DNA of 64,000 nucleotides from an uncultured virus (IMG/VR IMGVR_UViG_2565956931_000003). Taxonomy: Duplodnaviria > Heunggongvirae > Uroviricota > Caudoviricetes. Shown here in pieces: positions 48,525 to 56,523 of this stretch. Below the pieces are notes generated by a model. The model saw only the letters and a list, made by a program, of their open reading frames with translations, was not told the origin of the DNA and made no database searches. The stretch is from the IMG/VR virus record IMGVR_UViG_2565956931_000003, positions 1 through 64,000 of that record. The stretch is one strand, 5' to 3'. Position 1 is the stretch's first letter; every line of letters starts with the position of its first letter. The translations under genes and the position numbers were made by a program.

Positions 48525-49466
48525 TTAATGCACTTCAAAAGCTGTAAGCAGCCATGCATTACTACCTTCTCGCTTAATCAATGACGCTTCATGCGAATTA
48601 AATACAATATTTATTCTTGTAGATAAACCACGTTCTGTACGCCGTTGTGTACTACCTTGAGCGATTGTTTGCACAATAGTATCCACAAGCATATGCACAA
48701 CTTCATCATATGTCATGCCATCACTTTCCATACGGCGCTTGATAATATGCTTAATACCCTGTTTATCACTGCCATACTCAAAATCCACCCAGCCTAAATC
48801 ATTACGATACATAGCTCTATGCACTGTGGTTTTTTCCATAATGGCTTTGTTCATTGCAGCTTTACCACGTGTGATATTTGCTGTAACTGATTTGATTGGA
48901 CTCGCACTATCAAATTCAGGCTTTCCCAGTTCGGATTGACCAGCCTCCGAACTTATACCAAGTTGTTGCTTAGCATGTTCAATTTGTTCTTTCAGCTGGT
49001 CACGGTGAGCTATTTGCTTAGCTAAATCCTCATCAAGCTTTTGCTCTTGTTCTTCGACTTCTTTCATTTTCTGATCTACAGAAGTACGGCGCGGCGGTAA
49101 GCTAACTTTTTCACGCTTATTTTGTTCTTGGATTTTAGATTGTGCTTCACGGATAAGTTTAGCAACACAACTTACGGCGTTTTCAAATGTTGGCTTATAG
49201 TCATCACTAAAATCGCCAGATAGAACAATTACTTTATCATTCAGTTCGGCCTTCACTACATCCGCTAATGCACGAATATAAAGTGTAAGCGTAGCGCCAC
49301 CTGAAAAGAAAAATGCAACTGGTAAAACGCTAACACCAGCAACGCGCTTAATTTTGCGAAATTCTGGTGTAACAATCGTTTGGCCTGTTGCTTTTTCTAA
49401 AGCCGATTGGATCTTTTTAATGTATGGAGTAGTAGCTGTTATAGCTGCAAGATTAAGACTGCCCAT
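48525..49466 (-). CDS. Hdf/DarA-N-like head protein fused to a barnase/colicin E5-like (PBECR) RNase domain
   Basis: N-terminus FRKIKRVAGVSVLPVAFFFSGGATLTL (Hdf/DarA-N-like), coiled coil, then LGWVDFEYG...GIKHIIKRR...WLLTAFE; start reassigned to ATG 49466. Confidence 0.7.
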   Translation of the reverse strand: MGSLNLAAITATTPYIKKIQSALEKATGQTIVTPEFRKIKRVAGVSVLPVAFFFSGGATLTLYIRALADVVKAELNDKVIVLSGDFSDDYKPTFENAVSCVAKLIREAQSKIQEQNKREKVSLPPRRTSVDQKMKEVEEQEQKLDEDLAKQIAHRDQLKEQIEHAKQQLGISSEAGQSELGKPEFDSASPIKSVTANITRGKAAMNKAIMEKTTVHRAMYRNDLGWVDFEYGSDKQGIKHIIKRRMESDGMTYDEVVHMLVDTIVQTIAQGSTQRRTERGLSTRINIVFNSHEASLIKREGSNAWLLTAFEVH

Positions 49467-49493
49467 GAAAAATAACCTCATATTAATGAGGTT

Positions 49494-49534
49494 ATCTTGT
49501 AAGTAAATTTTTTCTAGAAATTACATAAGTTCCA
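49494..49534 (-). promoter_or_regulatory. Late promoter (hdf-RNase)
   Basis: TGGAAC-N29-CAAGAT; perfect hairpin ATAACCTCAT/ATGAGGTTAT covers GAGGT. Confidence 0.7.
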
Positions 49535-49590
49535 TTAAATTTCATTTTGTTTATAAATAAAAACCTGCATTTGCAGGCTTTTATTTTAAA

Positions 49591-50298
49591 TTAATTAGAA
49601 GTTAATTTATTTCGGACGTTCGTTAAACTATGTTGAAACATTTGTAAACCTAATTCAGTAGAAATTTTGACAGGTTCACCATGGTGATATGTTTCAGTGT
49701 TAGCGTGATATGTGTTGCCATTTCCAACAAGATGATTTGTTTCAGCAATCTCTGTTTGCAACATTTGTATTTGATTATTAAGAGTTGTAGACATGATAGG
49801 CGCTTCCAAATTATGAACTTCTTCTCGTTTAATACTGCAATATTTTACTTCCCCTGCAGTATATTGATCGTATTTAATAGCTTCTAGGACAACAGCTATC
49901 GCATTAGGACAATCATGAATAATATGCTGAGTATGAAAACTCCCCGATCCAATTACAGTAGGAACATTAGTAATGTTTTCTATTGTAAACTCAGTGTCAT
50001 TTACCATTTTAGAAAATTTAAGGCAAGAACCACTTAAATAGATTAGTGCAATAAAATCACTATTTGTTTTTTCAAGTATAGATCTCGGAAGCTCAAATTG
50101 TGTTTTATTTTGTAAGATAAAATCAATAAGGGCCTCGCTAAAATCTCTCATACAAAATAAACATCCAGCCATACCAAATACAATATCGCCCAAACGTTTC
50201 ACTTTCCTAAAAGGAATATTTAGAGTAACTTCTGTACGATTTACTGTAAAGGCTATGTCGGAAGCCATGAAATGAGTATCATAAGCTGTTGTTGTCAT
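49591..50298 (-). CDS. Moron: Ntn-hydrolase (HslV/proteasome beta-like) protein
   Basis: M-TTTAY...MASD, KVKRL..GMAG, IGSGS and D.YTAGEV motifs; own promoter TTGAAA-17-CATAAT. Confidence 0.7.
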   Translation of the reverse strand: MTTTAYDTHFMASDIAFTVNRTEVTLNIPFRKVKRLGDIVFGMAGCLFCMRDFSEALIDFILQNKTQFELPRSILEKTNSDFIALIYLSGSCLKFSKMVNDTEFTIENITNVPTVIGSGSFHTQHIIHDCPNAIAVVLEAIKYDQYTAGEVKYCSIKREEVHNLEAPIMSTTLNNQIQMLQTEIAETNHLVGNGNTYHANTETYHHGEPVKISTELGLQMFQHSLTNVRNKLTSN

Positions 50299-50420
50299 TA
50301 ACATAATCCTTAAAACGCGCGCGAATTATGCATTTATGAATAATATTTTTCAAGAACTATATGATCAATTACATTGGAAATATCAATAAAATTAAGAATT
50401 TTATATTTGTAAGTAAACTT

Positions 50421-50447
50421 AAAAAGCCAGCTAATAGCTGGCTTTTT
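50421..50447. terminator. Terminator of ant copy 2
   Basis: AAAAAGCCAGCT-aat-AGCTGGCTTTTT. Confidence 0.8.
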
Positions 50448-50491
50448 ATTAGGGGAGTCCTATTTAGACATCTTTATATTTTGATAAGCCC

Positions 50492-51391
50492 TTATCGATT
50501 CACAGGTTCGAAAGGAAAGCGTTTTAAAACCTTCCCAAGTTCAAGCACCTCATCTTTATGAAGAAAATCCCACAATTGATTAAAGCGTTCACGCAATTGC
50601 ACAACATTAACTGGTGTGTGGTGTAGTGAATATTGCTGTACAGAAACTGCTCCGCTTTCTTGAATCGATATCCAAAAGTTTTTAGGTCCTTTTGGAGATT
50701 GATACTTTAGCTCCTCACCTAATTGCTGTGCAATGTCATAAGCAAGAGGGTTTTCTAATGCTGGATAACGAGCAGCGAGATTATCTACAAACTTTTCTAA
50801 ACGTTTAAGTGTATCTGTTTCAGCTGGAACTAGCTCTTGTAACGGCAAGAGCTCAAGATACTGCTTCGCCTCATCAAAATGGATTGAAAGCAATTGGCTA
50901 TATTTAGCAATTCCAAAGTGGCGATTATGACGAATCCACATTGAAGCTCTTAAGCTTCGATCCCTCCCTGCACGGCGATCAACTATCTCGTGCAGTGCAT
51001 TTTGTTGTTCTGGAGAAATGGTTAAGCGTTGGTTTATTGCTTGCCCTTTAGTCCAGTATTCCCACAGCACATCGTCGCACTCTTGCTGGTACATGATCAC
51101 AGTATCTCGAATTTCGGGATTAACCTTGTTTGGACTTATAGTCATTAACCATCCAAAAAGCTTACGAACAGGTAAACAAACCATATTGTACTGTTTACCA
51201 TCTTTTCCAGTTGTCACTATTTCAGTGATAACTGAACTAAATCTTTGTTTTAACTTTTCATATTGTGATTGCCATGTGAGGCCCATTCCTTCAACAATTG
51301 GGCGCATGGCAGTAAATGGCTGATTGTTGAATTCAATAATTACTAAATCAGCACTATGAAAAGGTACATTAATTTGTGTTAAAGTACGCAT
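50492..51391 (-). CDS. ant: Phage antirepressor (P22 Ant N-terminal domain), copy 2
   Basis: Start reassigned to ATG 51391 (AGGAG RBS); paralog of 29999..30895. Confidence 0.9.
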   Translation of the reverse strand: MRTLTQINVPFHSADLVIIEFNNQPFTAMRPIVEGMGLTWQSQYEKLKQRFSSVITEIVTTGKDGKQYNMVCLPVRKLFGWLMTISPNKVNPEIRDTVIMYQQECDDVLWEYWTKGQAINQRLTISPEQQNALHEIVDRRAGRDRSLRASMWIRHNRHFGIAKYSQLLSIHFDEAKQYLELLPLQELVPAETDTLKRLEKFVDNLAARYPALENPLAYDIAQQLGEELKYQSPKGPKNFWISIQESGAVSVQQYSLHHTPVNVVQLRERFNQLWDFLHKDEVLELGKVLKRFPFEPVNR

Positions 51392-51455
51392 GTTGTTGCT
51401 CCTATGCAATGACAGGCCTCGTTTTCTTTCCACGGACTGCGAGGCTTTTTTGTGG

Positions 51456-52400
51456 TTAAAAATTTACATATTGTTCTTCTGTTAGATTACTTAATAAATT
51501 AAAAAAAGTAGGTCGAGTTTCCTTAGTTAATTTCTGTCTAGGAAATTCACTTAATATTTTGACTGCTTCCACAGGATCTAACTGTGAAGTAAATGGAACT
51601 GATAATTGAATAAATGATGTTTTATCTGTTTCCAAAGCTGTATCCAGCACATCTTTTACTTCATTGTAGCGCGGCTTCCTTTGCGCGGTTAGGAAAAGTC
51701 CATCAAAAATAATATAAATCTCGTTTAATCCTGGTAATTGGACTTTCGCAATTGCTCCCATGAGGGGCAAATTAGTTTCAGGCCCGTCATCTCTACTAAA
51801 CCCATCAGTAGGTGTACGATAAGTCGCAAATAAGATTACTTCTTGACAATTAGGTAGCTTCAAATAGTCGAGCAAATTAAGACAATTTCTCGTGGTATTA
51901 CTTTCGTGATATCTGTGAGCAATTATTAAATCTTCATTATTGTAGAGCGAGGCAAGATAATTCGCATAGGGTAAATATCTTTGGCAAGATTTGGTTATGT
52001 AATCTGATCTAGAGGAGAAAAGATTTGAGTTATGTACTTTATCTTTTAGAAAGTCATCAATTTTTCGTGTTAAAGATATGGGAATTGTAACGTTAATCTT
52101 TTCAGTCTTTTCCGCATAGATTGATGTATCAATTGTTATGACATGAAAAAAAACATCTTTATCACGTTTTTTAAATGTTACTGAATTAATTTCAGTCGGC
52201 TCAGGAATATCAAGACCTTGGTCACTTAGAAAATCAAAATACTCAAGCGTCTTCTCATATACCTTCCTAATCACCTCGTCATAACTGGAACCAGTAGCAT
52301 TAATATTCGGTTTATCAAAAAGTGCAGCCTCATAAATATCTTTTTTAAAGAAAGACTTAGATTCTGTAATCTTTACAGCAACTGTATAGTTTTTCACCAA
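51456..52400 (-). CDS. hicB: HicB-family protein (HicB + RHH + extra C-terminal domain), no adjacent HicA
   Basis: NATGSSYDEV...GLDIPEP, KINVTIP..L...ID...SRSDYI; promoter TTGACA-16-TATTAT at 52446-52473. Confidence 0.75.
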   Translation of the reverse strand: MVKNYTVAVKITESKSFFKKDIYEAALFDKPNINATGSSYDEVIRKVYEKTLEYFDFLSDQGLDIPEPTEINSVTFKKRDKDVFFHVITIDTSIYAEKTEKINVTIPISLTRKIDDFLKDKVHNSNLFSSRSDYITKSCQRYLPYANYLASLYNNEDLIIAHRYHESNTTRNCLNLLDYLKLPNCQEVILFATYRTPTDGFSRDDGPETNLPLMGAIAKVQLPGLNEIYIIFDGLFLTAQRKPRYNEVKDVLDTALETDKTSFIQLSVPFTSQLDPVEAVKILSEFPRQKLTKETRPTFFNLLSNLTEEQYVNF

Positions 52401-52611
52401 GAACTCCTTTTGAATGATATTTCAGATTTTTAGACACCTTTTTTAATAATAGTTCTAAAAAAAATATTGTCAACAAATTTAAAATCAAATAGTTATTAAT
52501 AAAAATTCAACTTATTGAAATTATTAATTTTAAATTTATAACCCCAAGATTCCAAAATTAAAGATTTATAGAGTTACAACTCTATACTGTGATTTTATTT
52601 GCTTCACTTAC

Positions 52612-52666
52612 GTTAAGTTAAGTTAAGTTAAGTTAAGTTAAGTTAAGTTAAGTTAAGTTAAGTTAA
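52612..52666. repeat. (GTTAA)11 simple sequence repeat
   Basis: Eleven perfect tandem pentamers. Confidence 0.95.
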
Positions 52667-52685
52667 GAATAGATCAAGTTATATG

Positions 52686-52722
52686 AAAAAAAATGCCGTG
52701 ATAACTATCACGGCGGTTTTTC
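52686..52722. terminator. Terminator
   Basis: GCCGTGATA-ac-TATCACGGC with flanking A/T tracts. Confidence 0.7.
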
Positions 52723-52740
52723 TTGATCATATTGGAAAAA

Positions 52741-53796
52741 TCACAAACCCTTACATGGATTATTTAGAGGTGTCACAGTAGCAACACTACTTGCACTTCC
52801 ACCCAATTGTTTATACTTGGCAAAGCTTTGATTTAGAGTTTTTTGCCCATACTCGATCCGTTGAGCAGCTGCATAACGCCTATCTAAACGAGTGACACCG
52901 CTAAAACTTTGTAACCTATCTTCTTCTTTTAAAACGTCTTGTGCAACTTTAATACTATTTCTTGCACTAACAACATTAGAGGATTCTATAAATAGCTTAT
53001 AATTATTAGTACTTTTGCATAGATTAATTTTTTGTCTATTTTCCCGCTTCTTAGCATCAATTAAACGGGCTTGTTCCTCCCTCTCCGCATCGGCTCGATC
53101 TCTTGCTTGTTTTGCTAAACGGATTTCTTCTTCCCATTCCTCTTTTTCCCGTTCTTTAGCATTCTTTTTATTAATTGCTTCAATATATTCAGCCTCTCTT
53201 AACTCACTAACTTTATTTAAGTACTTGTCATAAGCCATCATAAATTTTTCACCACAACTATTGGCAATAAAACGATGGCGCATTTGAAAAGTTTTTACTA
53301 GATTGTTTTTGCTATTTTCATCTAATTCAGGATTATTGATTCTAGCAATGTCAACTAAATCATAATAAATGTCCACATTTACATCTGAAGAACTATATAT
53401 TCCTTGCTTATATATCAAATTATTAAAAATTGAATCTGAATAGGCATCAGGATTTGGCGTTCCCTGTAAGGCTGCAATTTTATATTGTGTATCTAATATT
53501 ACATTGCCAGTTGTCCTTTTATAGAACTTACAACTTTGCTTAGAATCTAAACCATATTTTTCTCGTAAAAGAACATAAAGTTCGTCCATGCCACCATAAG
53601 ACACTTCAGGGTTTGTACTTAATAAATCACAACTAAAAATACAAAGTTCACTAACTACCTTTGTCGAATTAATATTTTCACTGTTGGTAGCAATTATTTG
53701 TTTATTCAGAATATCATTAACACTTGTAGCAGCTTGAACATAACTTGAAAAAGCTGCCGTAACTAAGAAAGATAATTTTAATAATTTTAAAGTCAT
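52741..53796 (-). CDS. Exported protein of unknown function (moron)
   Basis: Signal peptide ending VQA-A; paired Cys; coiled coil. Confidence 0.6.
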   Translation of the reverse strand: MTLKLLKLSFLVTAAFSSYVQAATSVNDILNKQIIATNSENINSTKVVSELCIFSCDLLSTNPEVSYGGMDELYVLLREKYGLDSKQSCKFYKRTTGNVILDTQYKIAALQGTPNPDAYSDSIFNNLIYKQGIYSSSDVNVDIYYDLVDIARINNPELDENSKNNLVKTFQMRHRFIANSCGEKFMMAYDKYLNKVSELREAEYIEAINKKNAKEREKEEWEEEIRLAKQARDRADAEREEQARLIDAKKRENRQKINLCKSTNNYKLFIESSNVVSARNSIKVAQDVLKEEDRLQSFSGVTRLDRRYAAAQRIEYGQKTLNQSFAKYKQLGGSASSVATVTPLNNPCKGL

Positions 53797-53809
53797 ATAT
53801 ATCCCAAAA

Positions 53810-56098
53810 CTAAACGTCTAATTTCCCCATTCCAATGCCGCCAGTTAGAGCATGAGCAAGGAAACGATCACTAACATTCTGCCCGATGTTACCATTATTC
53901 TGATTTACAACAACAACTTCCTGTGGGTTAGGAGTATTTAAAGGTTGCTTAAACGGCGTGACATTAGTTAATAATCTATTTTGATTATTTAATGAAGGTT
54001 TTGCTTTTGTAGTAGCTTGGGGAACGATAGCTTTTTGGGTGCTTAAAACACTAGCAACTTTAGCTCTTGTATTTTCCACAATATGACTTGATTTCAAATC
54101 TGATACAGCTGGGGTATTTTCTTTAGGTAGATTAGTTTTCTGTTCCTGAACGGTTTTATCAATGTTAGCTCTGTATTTATATTCCTTTTCTAAATGCGGT
54201 CTATAATCAAATGACTGCCCATTGCGAAGCTTTGTTTGCCCATACGCCCATCTTACATATTTTGTGCCGAGAACTCGGGCAATATCTTCTTTTGATGCAT
54301 TTGGGTTATTCTGCATATAAGCTTTAACCGAAGCATATTCAGGATTCGTTTCGATTTCATGCTTCATAAATGCACCTTGTGCATCTAAAGCTGCTTGGCT
54401 CCGTACCATATTACCGTTTGCATCAAGTAATCCCCTTTCCTTCATATATGCCGTAAGCCGGTCTTTACGGGCTCCTTGCCAAGAGATCATACCCATATTC
54501 GTACCACCAGCTTTATCCTGGTGTTTACCAAACAGATATTTATCTTGGTAGTCATTTTCCCTACCAACAGAAGCAGTTAAACCAGCAGCCCAATTATCAT
54601 TAAAACCAGCTCTCTTCATTGCATTGTAAACTGCAAGTTGCTTTTCCTTAGTTTTTTCACCAATTGGAGAAACAGTTGAACCATAAGCAGGTACATTTTT
54701 ATTTGCACCAAAACCCGGCTTATAAACTCCTTGCCCAATGCCCCATGTTGGAACACCATCATGAAATGGATTAAATCGGTTAAATTTATCTTTAATGAAA
54801 TCTAAGGTATCACCAGCAGTATCTTTAACTCCGTCTACAACTTTTGAAGCAGTGTTTTTTGCCTGATCAAAAGCATTAGAAGCATAACTTACAAATCCTT
54901 TCCAAGCAGTATTAATAATACCTGGTACATCTGCAGCTATTAATGAATCTGTCCACTCTTTAAAATACGGCGCAACTGCGGTACCAAGTTTATTACCTAT
55001 CCATGAACCAGCCATACCACCAATCAAAGTACCAGCTGGGCCTAATATTGATCCTACCGTGCCACCAATAACGCCCCCAGCAAGACTACCTACAGTACCG
55101 CCCTTTTCTTGTGTGCTTTGTTCATTCCAATCTAATAATGATGCACCAGCAGCCAATGCACCTATTACGGGTAGACCACGGCCAAACTTAAGAAATTTAC
55201 CTAAGCCCTTTCCTAATTTCCCTACACCTTTCTTTCCTTTGCCTAGAGCACCACCTAGAAGCCCACCACCAGCAGATAACACGGAAGTAAGCAATTTCCC
55301 TAGAGAACCTAACAAACCACCCTTAGACGCCAAATTATCGGCAATACGCTGCAATAACTTTATTTGTTTGCGGTTATGGTTCTCTTGTTCACGAGGTAAT
55401 GGCTCATTTCTCTTTTTACTACGCATCAATCCAGTTAATGGCCGCAAAGCTAATCCTGCTGCACGGCGTACAGGTGAAAGTAAATGACCAACTTCATTGA
55501 TTGCGTCAACTGTAGGATCTACACCTTGTGTTGAGTTCGGCATTACTCCTTTAATCGCCGTAGATATCGTTTGGGCAACTTTACGAATTGATGATTGGTT
55601 TTGGGGTTCATTAGGGTTTGATACAAAACGGCCTTTTTCGTCACGCTCTGGTACACTAGGATTTACAATTTTTGATAAGTCATCATGACTATTAATTTCT
55701 ATAGCGGGCTTTCGCCCATTAGATTTGTTGATTTGTTTTTTATCTACTGTTTTAAGGTCATTAATTGATTGGTCCAAAACATCAGCAAAGTCTTTGACCA
55801 GCTTGTCTGCTACAACAAAAGATTGAGTGATTGGATTAGCTTTGTCTTTTAATAAATCTTCAAAATCTAAAGCTTGTCTATTATTGACAGCATTAAGCAT
55901 CTTTTGAAATTCAGTCAGTTTAGGCTGAGGCTGTGCAAATTGTGCTTTTTGCTCTTCAAAGCTTTGAGTAAGGATACCAATGATCTTTTCAATGTTTGAA
56001 TCAATCGTACTAACTTTTTTTTCAACTCGTTTCATTCCAATGATAAAGCCGAGCTCGTCATAGGATAAAACTGTATCATTGTGATTTGAATTTGCCAT
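53810..56098 (-). CDS. Tape-measure/injection protein with phage-tail lysozyme domain (P1 Sit-like)
   Basis: Gly-rich hydrophobic repeats; AAGLTASVGREN...GMISWQGAR lysozyme motif; start reassigned to ATG 56098. Confidence 0.75.
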   Translation of the reverse strand: MANSNHNDTVLSYDELGFIIGMKRVEKKVSTIDSNIEKIIGILTQSFEEQKAQFAQPQPKLTEFQKMLNAVNNRQALDFEDLLKDKANPITQSFVVADKLVKDFADVLDQSINDLKTVDKKQINKSNGRKPAIEINSHDDLSKIVNPSVPERDEKGRFVSNPNEPQNQSSIRKVAQTISTAIKGVMPNSTQGVDPTVDAINEVGHLLSPVRRAAGLALRPLTGLMRSKKRNEPLPREQENHNRKQIKLLQRIADNLASKGGLLGSLGKLLTSVLSAGGGLLGGALGKGKKGVGKLGKGLGKFLKFGRGLPVIGALAAGASLLDWNEQSTQEKGGTVGSLAGGVIGGTVGSILGPAGTLIGGMAGSWIGNKLGTAVAPYFKEWTDSLIAADVPGIINTAWKGFVSYASNAFDQAKNTASKVVDGVKDTAGDTLDFIKDKFNRFNPFHDGVPTWGIGQGVYKPGFGANKNVPAYGSTVSPIGEKTKEKQLAVYNAMKRAGFNDNWAAGLTASVGRENDYQDKYLFGKHQDKAGGTNMGMISWQGARKDRLTAYMKERGLLDANGNMVRSQAALDAQGAFMKHEIETNPEYASVKAYMQNNPNASKEDIARVLGTKYVRWAYGQTKLRNGQSFDYRPHLEKEYKYRANIDKTVQEQKTNLPKENTPAVSDLKSSHIVENTRAKVASVLSTQKAIVPQATTKAKPSLNNQNRLLTNVTPFKQPLNTPNPQEVVVVNQNNGNIGQNVSDRFLAHALTGGIGMGKLDV

Positions 56099-56127
56099 AA
56101 CAAAAATGCCCCATACTGATATAGAGC

Positions 56128-56168
56128 ATTTTTGCAACTTACTAACTATGAATTTATGATGAGTTCCT
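56128..56168 (-). promoter_or_regulatory. Late promoter (tape measure)
   Basis: AGGAAC-N29-AAAAAT; hairpin 56102-56133 covers GGGG RBS. Confidence 0.65.
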
Positions 56169-56172
56169 AGAC

Positions 56173-56445
56173 TTAAAAGTTAACTTTAAAAGTGTTACTT
56201 ACAGGGCTATCAGTAATAATTTCTACTACATAACCTAATTTTGAGAAATGAATTTTTGCCTCTTCTAAATACTCTAAACTCACGGCACTTTTGTCAAAAC
56301 TCCAACTGGAAAACCGTTTTCCAAAACACGAGTCAGCTTTAATTGCATTACTGAGAATATTAATAATATCAAGAACGGTTGGATTGCTTTGCTCCGCAAT
56401 TTTTGCAGCTTCAGCAGCGGTAATACTAGATGACATAGTGAACAT
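56173..56445 (-). CDS. Hypothetical protein
   Basis: Short ORF with GGAG RBS. Confidence 0.55.
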   Translation of the reverse strand: MFTMSSSITAAEAAKIAEQSNPTVLDIINILSNAIKADSCFGKRFSSWSFDKSAVSLEYLEEAKIHFSKLGYVVEIITDSPVSNTFKVNF

Positions 56446-56523
56446 TCTCCTAAATTGTTAGTGTTCTCTACATTATAGTAAGCACGTGATAATAACCTCA
56501 AAAAAAACCTTTAAAATTACAAA

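Noticed and set aside
48326..48559. N-terminal extension of ORF 47969..48559 in the ORF track
   Set aside because: Overlaps the upstream gene, the structured RNA and a late promoter; RBS supports ATG 48325
52612..52666. Possible CRISPR array
   Set aside because: Pure pentamer tandem repeat without spacers; no cas genes
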